Part shown: positions 1-9,200 of the stretch, piece after piece
Numbering within the stretch: the first letter of the stretch is position 1
Layout of the letters: each line of letters starts with the position of its first letter
Origin: a virus
Reading direction: 5' to 3' (one strand)
Virus record (IMG/VR): IMGVR_UViG_3300038620_000086
Span: 1 to 64,000 of that record
DNA: 64,000 nt
Position numbers and translations under genes: made by a program
The notes under the pieces: generated by a model
The model's input: the letters and a program-made list of their open reading frames with translations, nothing else
Told to the model about the DNA's origin: nothing
Databases searched by the model: none

Positions 1-290
1 TCGATCACTATCATAATGAAGCTCTACATATTCTGCTCCTGAAGATTCGACGGTTCCAGCCGCTGTATAAGTATAGCCAGGTCTACTTTGAAGGGGACGG
101 CTGGATTTACCAACATCTACTTTCCCTCCAGAGACAACTGCAATTTGATCTTCAATGCCATATTCTTTGGCAAGCTTTCTTAGTTGTACACCGACACTTT
201 TTAGAGCTTGTTCTTCCGGAATACCCCCAGGAGTCGTTGCGCCACTTTCTCCTTTTGACCCACTATGTCCAATACCTATAACTAACTTAC
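1..290 (-). other. N-acetylmuramoyl-L-alanine amidase (Amidase_3) domain within the giant ORF, truncated by the window edge
   Basis: KLVIGIGHSGSKGESGATTPGGIPEEQALKSVGVQLRKLAKEYG...YVELHYDSDR matches the Amidase_3 pattern IxIDxGHGG...GA...E...L...ISIHAD, with the Zn ligands H, E, H. Confidence 0.8.
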
Positions 291-3200
291 CTCCCTTGCT
301 CTCAGGTCTAGGAACTGCCTCCGACATTGTTTGTGTTTCCAGGTCAGATTTAGATAAGAATTGATCCAAAGCTCTAACAGTATCTTTCCTAGATTTATCC
401 AAACGAGCAAGATCAATATTTTGCTGGGCATATTCAGGGTTAGCCTCTGCTGCATCATGGAGGAGAACAATCTCTCCCTCAGCGTTACTAAGTCTGTCAA
501 GAATCTCTTTTGTACTAGTTGCTTTAAGGTAGTCCCTTGTGTCTACTGTCCAAAGGGCGGTGCTAAGTCCTTGCTCATTAGCAGCCTTTAGGGTTTCTTG
601 ATTCTGTCTACCATAGGGCGCCCTAAACCAGTTAATATCAACATCCTCGCCAACAATTCCTCTAATAACCTTCCTAGTTCTACGGATCTCTTTGATCTGC
701 TCTTCTTTACTCAGCTTCGACATGGGGCGGTGAGAATAGGAGTGAATTCCTATTTCATGTCCCTCCTCAACGATCTGTTTAACAAGTTCGGGATGTTTCT
801 TGGCTCTCTTACCAACAATGAAGAAGGTTGCCGTAGCATCATGCTTCTCTAAGACATCCAGAACTTTCTCAGTATATTGGGGACTAGGCCCATCGTCAAA
901 CGTTAGCGCGATCGTGCCGTCCTCCATTTTCTCTTCGGCACGTCGGTCAATGTTTTCTCGGGTTAGGTTTACAGGTTTCTCTCTCTTTCTGGTTGCCTGG
1001 TATTGTCTCTGTCTTTCACCTTTATAGAACCTTTCCCGCTCTCTAGCAAACCGTACCAACTCCTCTCTGGTATAGGCTTCCCCCTGTCCGTAAGGATCAC
1101 CAGGAAGCCCAGCCCAAATACCAGCTATTTTACGTCCTGACCTACCAGTAAGAAGTTCTCTATAATTTCCTTGCTTAGCTAATTCGTAAAGTCCCTCCTC
1201 TTTTAAATATTGAACGAATGCTCTATCTTGAGCTTTAGGGCTAATATTCTCATCCAAGCCGAATCGTTGGGCTGTTTCCCACATCCATTGATACTTACCA
1301 AAGGCTTCACTATTAAATCCTGCTGCTCGAATCTTTACATTCGGGTGACCTTCACTTAGATCTCCTTGGTAAGTTCTACCACCAAACATAGTACGATATC
1401 CACTTTCGTTCCAAGTCCCTTCGGCTAAACTGACCATGTCGGCAACGGCTCTAACATTGGGATGGATTCCCTTAGTCTTAACTATAGGCTTATCTCCTCC
1501 TCCAGAAGGAACCCACTCCGATAGCCAATCTTTAGCTGTTTGGTAAGCTTTGCTAGTAGCGCGACCTACCACTCGACCTACCGTTTTCGCAGCGTTAGTT
1601 AACCCCTCAACTACATTACTAGCGAACTCTTTAATGCGACCCAGTACCCCTAGATTTTCAGAAGGTTTTCTTTCTCTACCTGTCTCTCCTACGCTAAACA
1701 GATCAGAAACAGTAGAAGATAGACTTTCTGCAAACTTTTGTAGACTCTGTCTAGCCTGGCGGGTCTTTTCTTCATAGTTCTCAAGCTGCCTAACTTGACC
1801 GCGAGAGGACATGGATTTAACCTCGTAGTCCTCTATTCCTTCGCCTGACCAAGAGAATGATTGGAAATAACGAGTTAAAAAGTTTGGTTTGTTTCTATTT
1901 CTGTAGGAAACTTTAGCTGCACTTTCACCTATCTTTGCTCCGATATAAGAACCAGCAGATCCAATGGCTACACCAGCAGCTATTCCTAATCCTATAGCTG
2001 CCGCCGCTGGAAGAGCTAGAGCGCCAACTGCTGCGACTGCTAAAGTTCCAGCTATCCCACCGCCGATAGCAGTTCCTGTTAGTCTGCCGCCCTTAATAGC
2101 TCGTTTACGGTTATCACTTTTCATTCCTTGGTGGTATTCATAAAGTCCATAGACTCCCAGACTTGCTTCGATAAAATCTCCCACAAACCCTGCTGATCTA
2201 GCTATTTTTGCGACTTTTCCTATCCTACCTGGTCTTCTAAGTCCTATATTCTCCGTGTCATCTATATTCTCTGGTAGATGTTCAGGTATGTCAGGGATGT
2301 TCGATGTTCTAGATCTATTAGTGTTACTTACTACCCTTCGACTACCCTCATCAAACTCTGGATCTGTTGCCGTACTAGAGCTTCCTATCCTAGATTCTTT
2401 TGATGCGGGGTTTCCATAGTCTCCTCCGGACTGCCGTCTCCGTCGGCGAAGTTCAATAAGAGTTGCACCGAATCCCATCCCTAAACTTCCTAGAGCACTA
2501 CCCCACCCCGCTATACCATCAGACAATCTATCTGTATCGGCTCCGCGATCATATATTTGACTCCCTCGTTGTTCACCATATTGTCTTCCAAAGTGCCCAC
2601 CTATAAAACCACCAGCAATACCGGCTGCTAGTGGAGCTAAAAGTCCTCCTGAGAGAGCTGTTACTGCTAAAACAGAAGCACCTGCAAGTAGAGCAGCTCC
2701 AATGTTTCCATATAAATCCCCATAAGCTTTTCTGTAATGAGCTTCTCTAGAAGCGCGATCATCTAATTGTTTAACTCTTCGACGAGCACGATTGATAAAG
2801 TAAAGATCTATACCGAAAGAGGCGACGTCAGGGGCAACTTTAGAGAAACCCTTAGCCGTCCATCTTGCCGCTTTTCCTAAACCTTGTAGAATCCTATCTG
2901 GAAGTCCAACATCAGATAGCTTTCTTAAACCTCTATTTACTGAGGAAAGAGCCCTAGTAATAGACGATGGTCTTGCATCAGAAATAGATGTAGGTCTTCC
3001 TATCTCTTGAGTTATCTGAACTATTGTAGGAAGGCTTTTTGATCTACTGCTAGGTCTAAGAATCGGTTCTTCAAGAGGTTTGACTTGGAGGTCAGATGTA
3101 TTTACTTGATTTAACGGTATCCTTGAAGGATGATAGGAGTAGAAAGGGTGGAGTTGGTCAAATTTTGAGACAAAGGGCTTTCTAGCTCTAATCTCGTCAA

Positions 3201-6200
3201 AGCTTGCTCCTTCATCTAGCAGCATTTGAACTTTTCCTTTTCTCCGCTTTTGCCAGAATTTAGCCCTAAGGAATTTAGGAGAAAGAAGGTTTCCGAGACT
3301 CTTGTAACTTTCTCCCATATTCTTTGCAAAAGCTGTCCCCATAATGCCAGCATAACCAGCTCCTAAGATAGCAGGAAGAGAAAACCCAGAAGTGGCAATA
3401 GATAGTCCGGACAAAAGACCGGCTATAAGACTTCCAGATAAGGGGTTTACAAGACTTCCTATTCCAATCTTTAGAGACTGCAACGATACTCCAGCAGCTA
3501 TCCGACCAGAACGGTGTAGAATCCCTCTTGCACCAGACCCGAGAGTATTAGACAAGGATTCTAATAGGAGTCGGCTTCCAAAAAGTGCCCTTCCAAGATG
3601 TTTTCTTGCCCCAGTACCATAAAGTTCTCTTGATAGATCTTCTCCATAAAGTCTTGCTCCCAGATCACCTGGCAGGTCTTTTATATATCCAAGAAGGTCT
3701 TGTTTATCTAAACCCCCTAAAAGTAATTCTTTCCCACCATATCTTGTTACGCGGAAGAGACGGTTAAGCTTACGAAGTTGATATAGGTTTGGCTCTTCAG
3801 CCAAGGGAGCCGGATCTCCGAACCCACCTCTTCCAATCCCAGTAAAGAATTTACCAATAGCTCCTTTAATCGAATTACCTAGGTTTCTTATTGGTGTAGT
3901 CTTATCTCCTATAAATCTATCAATTCTTTCTTTTAGCCTAGCTAAGTCACCTCCTACCTTATTACCATATTTATCCCAAAGGGGTTTAACCGTTCTGTTC
4001 AAAAGAGGTCTAGTTATCTTGTTCCAAGCCAGATCCTTAACCTCAGAATAAAGTTGACCGATAAATCCACCCCGACCTCTCTGCAACTCTAGAGCTTGAA
4101 CATCGCTTAGGGCAATGCTAAAGATTTCATTTAGTCCTTTATCATCATCAACATTGTTGAGGCGATAGACATAACCGTGGGCATAAAGGTCACTCATTCT
4201 CTGCCTAACTTCTAGGGCATTCCTTAGAGTCTGAGATATTGGGTAGTTTCTTCGATAAGAGAAGTTATCTGCAACGCGATCGCCGCGGAAGTATTTCTCT
4301 TTAACAGCTCTACCCCGAACAGTTGTCGGAAATCCATAGAGTCCAGAATGGATTATATCCAAAGACCTTCCATACTGAGCAGTTTTCCTACGCCGTCTTT
4401 GCTGTTGCTGTTTCCAGTATTGAGAGGTATCCCCGTAGAAGTGGCGTTGATATCCCCAGGCTGTCTTCTTAGCCGAGGATCTCATTCTATTGTAAAGAGA
4501 GCTAGAAGCAGGCAAGAATATTTGGCTGAAGAACTGTAGAATGTCATTCTCGCTTTCTCTAGCTTTTCTGTATTGCTCGGCTATCCAGGGTCCAGTCACA
4601 TCCTCGAATAGGTTGAAATCGTCATCAACAAAAGGTAGGTAACTGGGTGACTCTGCTACCGTGTTAACAACAGACCCAATCGCTCTGGGAAGGAATCCAA
4701 AGTTAGAGGAGACCCAGTTGTAGATGTCAGACTCTTTATTCTTAAACCATTGGTTATTCTTTCTAATTTGGTTATAACCAAGATAGCTTGCAATTGTGAG
4801 CAAGCCAGCCCCACTATATCCTAGACCCATACCTCTTTTGAAGGCTTGGACTAGTAGAAATTCAGAGGCTAAGAATCCTGTCTCTTTCCAAAATAGCTTT
4901 TGACTCGCTTGCTTTTGGACAAAGTTGTCGTCTCTAAAAGAGTGAGCATAAAGAGATGCGCCTTCCAGCAATCCATAGCCTTGTTGTACATAGAAGGCAC
5001 GGTTCATGAAGTTAACGCCTTCTGAAAGAACTTTGGGAAGATCTTGTGGACGAACTTCTGTTTTAGGTTCTCCCTGCGGGGGTCTAGAACCTGCTCTTCG
5101 ACGAGCCCATTTCCGTTGTTCTTCTATAGACCGTTCGACTGCGAAACGTTCGGTGAACTCCTCGTCCATCGCTTGGGAAGGAATTAACTGAGACGTTTCT
5201 TCCAAGCGTGTAGCGATCTCATATCTAGCCGATTCAACGGCAATGTCTGGAGAAACATTTTGCCTCAACGATTGTTCTAAAGATTGTATAATCTGGTCAA
5301 TTAGAGTCTGTCTATTCCTACCTTCAATGATGTCATCAATGAATCGTTCTGCTCTTTGATCGGTTGTTAGAGCTTGGTATAAGGTTATAGTTTGTTTATC
5401 CCCTACAGGGATTTCTTTGTTTAGGGTTTCTAATAGATTACCTTTTAACGACTTTTTGTAGCGACCAAGGTGGTCTCTGACTTTGTCATAAAACTCTTCT
5501 TCGTCAATTGTTCCAGATCTAACCTGTTTGTAGAGTTCTCTAAACCGAACCGATAAAGATGTTCCGTGCATTCCCTCTAATCGGCGGTTATCAAAGCTAG
5601 AAGCAAAGATCTCATTGGTAGAACGACTCAAGAATTCCTCATATGCCTGGAAAAACTGTTCTTTGGCTTCCATACCGTAGCCAAGTCCCACTTTGTCAAA
5701 CTGACCTGGTTCGTTTGTCAATCCAGGAATCTTGACCATGTAGCGATCGCGAGAGAGTAATGCAATCCGCGGCGTTCCTCTTCCGCCAGACTGATCCCAC
5801 GATATACTGGGTTGATGTTTGACAAGGAATTTCTCTACATGACTAGCAATCCCTTCTATTTGACGTTGAATGTCTTTTCCCCTTCGATTCTCCCAAGCAG
5901 TGATACCGGAAGCCGTAAGTCGACCCGCCGACATAACTAAAGAGAAAGCTAGACTAGCGGCTGTGATCGTTCCAATAGCTGACCTCGTAAACATTAAGAG
6001 AGGGGCAGCAGGAGCCGATCCAACCCCAGTTAAGCCTTCAAACTTACCTCTGCGTATTCCAGCTCTTGGAGCACCAGAGGAACCGGTCGCTGCTACGAAC
6101 TGGTTGGTCAACTCTTGAAGACCTTCAATTTTGGTATAATAGGCAGTTCCCCGATTTCCTATATATTTCTCATAAGCTTTTTCTATTGTCTGTCCAAGAC

Positions 6201-9200
6201 CATAGAATCGATTGCCAATAGAGATATTAATTGGTACAAAGTTACCAGGAGAGATACCAAGCTCTTTCATTTTGTTTTCCTGTAGATACCTTTCTACAGC
6301 AATGGTAGTAGGACGCTTATTACTGAGATGCTCGGCATAAAAGCTACGAATAGCAAGGGCTCTAGACAAACTACTACTTGTAGCCTGAGCCGCCTCACTA
6401 CCACGGGTTTGAGTATAGTCAATCGAAGAGCCTCTAGGGGATAGAGTTCTTACTCGACTGACAACCTCTGATGGAGATAATTCCTTGTCCCCTTTAAGAA
6501 GTTGCTTGATGATCTCCTTATCTGTTTGTTTCAATCCTGAGAAACTAAGGGAGCGGATAGTGTACGAGAGATCTGCCGAAGATCCTTGAAACTGTGTATA
6601 ACCGGTAGAGGTTATGTCTCCAGAGGTATTTCTCAAGGTTTGACCATAAGAGAAAAAGTTAAGAAAGATGTTTGGATCATCCGCATATGCCCCAGAGTCG
6701 CTCAGGATATTAAATATGTCTAACTGCCCTATGAATTTATCAGTAAATTGTAGTAAGCGGTCACCAATTCCTCCTCGGTAGCCCCTACTTAGAATAGACT
6801 TAACTTTTTCTCTATCTTGAAGTTCCCCTACTGTATCTGGTCTTTCATATCCACCCATCCAAATTTGAAAGCCAGCAGATAAACCTGTTTCGTCACCAGC
6901 AAATAGTTCCTCTGCATCAAAGATTGCCCCGAGAAGCTGTCCAGTCCAGTATGTAGCTGCTATCCTGGAAGCGGCTACACCATGCCGACCAACAAACCTA
7001 GCATTATAGGTTGCCCCAGTTGGGGCTTTGCTAAAGCTAGTTCTAGTTCCTTCATATCTCGAAGTAACTCCTTTCTGTATCCGGTGGTAGAAACGGTTTG
7101 ATTCAGGAACTTTGATGCCTTTCCTAAAGAAAGCATCATCAATAATTTCAGGTCGGCTAAAGACGTTATAGCCACCAAACACTCCAGATAGAGCTGAACC
7201 GTAGATAGCTGTAAGAGTAGCTGTAGCTGAAACCCGAGCTGTTTTGTTTTCCTCTTCTAATCCCTCTCCAGTAAACCTAGAGGTTGTTATTCCCGCTTTA
7301 CGGTCTAAGAAGGCAGAAGAAGCTATCCAAGACAGTAAGAAGGGAGCGGCTCCTCTTATCGAAGGTCCTCGTCTAGTGAAAAACCTACCAACGCTCCTCC
7401 ACCCTGAACTATCAGGAGTTACACCAGCTACTGCTTTTTTGGTAGTATCTAGCATCAAGGCTGGTGCAGAAAGAACAGAAGCTCCAAAATCGGACACCAG
7501 TCGGTTAGCACTCCGAACACCACGACCCACAAGACTCTCTTTAGCTGCGGAAGGAATTATTTGATTAGCTATTCCTCCTAAAGCAGTGTAAGTTCCAACC
7601 TGCATTAGCAGGTTTTCGTAATCTGAATCCCTTACACCGGCAAATACTTCAGAGGGAAGTGTTCCTGCACGGTAACCTACACTGCCTAGCCACTCAGAAA
7701 AGGAGTCAATATCTCTTTCAGCCTCTGGTCGAACCGTTAACCTTTGAGCCACCGGAAACGTTGGCATAATCCCGCCGCCTAACAGAGGGAATAGCTGGAA
7801 GCCAAAGGTAAAGGTTTTTAGTTCCTCCTCTGGAATAGAGCGATTAGTCCACCCAATTTGAAAGACTGGGGTTGTAAACTGAGGCGTAATAGAGAAAGAC
7901 GTTTTGTATTGGGATTCAGTCGTCTTGAGTAATTTTTCTTTATATTTTCTAGCAAAGTCGTTAGCTGCCTTTTCCTCAAGGGTTTCCGGTAAAGGTGATA
8001 TATTAATCCGTTGTGCTGCTAAGTAAGAAAGCTCGTTAGACTCAAACCCAGAATCTTTAGACCAGTTCCAGATCGCAGCGATAGTAGAAGAAGCTAGTCT
8101 GGTTGCTGTCGTAGAAACAGCAAACCCAATCGAAGCCGCTAAAATGTTAAATCTGGCTCTACCAGCACTTTTAACGTTAGAACGAACTAAGCTTAGATCT
8201 GAATAGTAGTTTCTCGCCCATTGATTACTGCTAAGCTCTCCGGCTGACTTGTATCTAGGCGTTCCAGGTCTACCACCTCTTTGTATTTCCGATAAAGCCT
8301 CACCTATGGATATGTCTTGTTCCTGGGCGACTCGCCAAGCTTCTTCATAAACATCAAGTTTTTGCTTCTCGGCTCTACCTAAAGAATAATCGAAAGGATT
8401 TGTTTCAGCGGTGCTAAACTCTGGAAATAACCAACCCGCACTAAGTCCGCCTGTCAAACCTAGAAAACTTGTTATCAAAGGATGTAAGTCCCCTTCAATC
8501 TTCCTTATATGACTAGTGTCTCTAACCGGAGATTGAAAGGTGCCTTCTTCGAAATCCCACGGGGACTGAAAGTAACTTAACAAAGAAAGACCCCCATCTC
8601 CCAGAATTCCGTAAGAAAACAGGTAGTCCGCCCCGAAGATAGCTCCTACGCCTAGCATTGTTCTCCTGGCTTGGCGAATAGGGACACCGAGTAACTTTTT
8701 CTGGGGGTCAGTTTTTACATCAACACCGCCTGATGCGGGTGACTCAGACTTAGCTCGGAAGTAATTACTACGGAAGGAGAATTCTTTCTTAAGACCGGAG
8801 TACCGAGCAACCGGCGATATATCGTATTGGTACAGCTTTTTAAGGTCAGTAACTGGTCTTCCCTGGTTTACTGATTCTTCTATGCTTAACTGAGTTATTT
8901 CTCTGTCCAGTTCACTAACTTCCTTGGAGGTTCGGTAAAGTTTTTCTAGCTGTTTAATCTCCTGATCAGGGTCACTTATAAACCGACCGATTTGCATATA
9001 GATTTGTTCATAAGTCATTAGGAGGTCTTCTAGACCCCGACCAATTAGATCAGCTAGAGAAGCCTCTCTACTCATATCAACATTTGCGGCTTCTCGAACC
9101 GCTGGGATCCAATAAAGTAGGTTGGCAGGTACGTTTTGAGATACATCTTCCCAACGCTTAGCCATCTCTTGAATCCGGCGGCTGCCAACGCCAGAAACCC

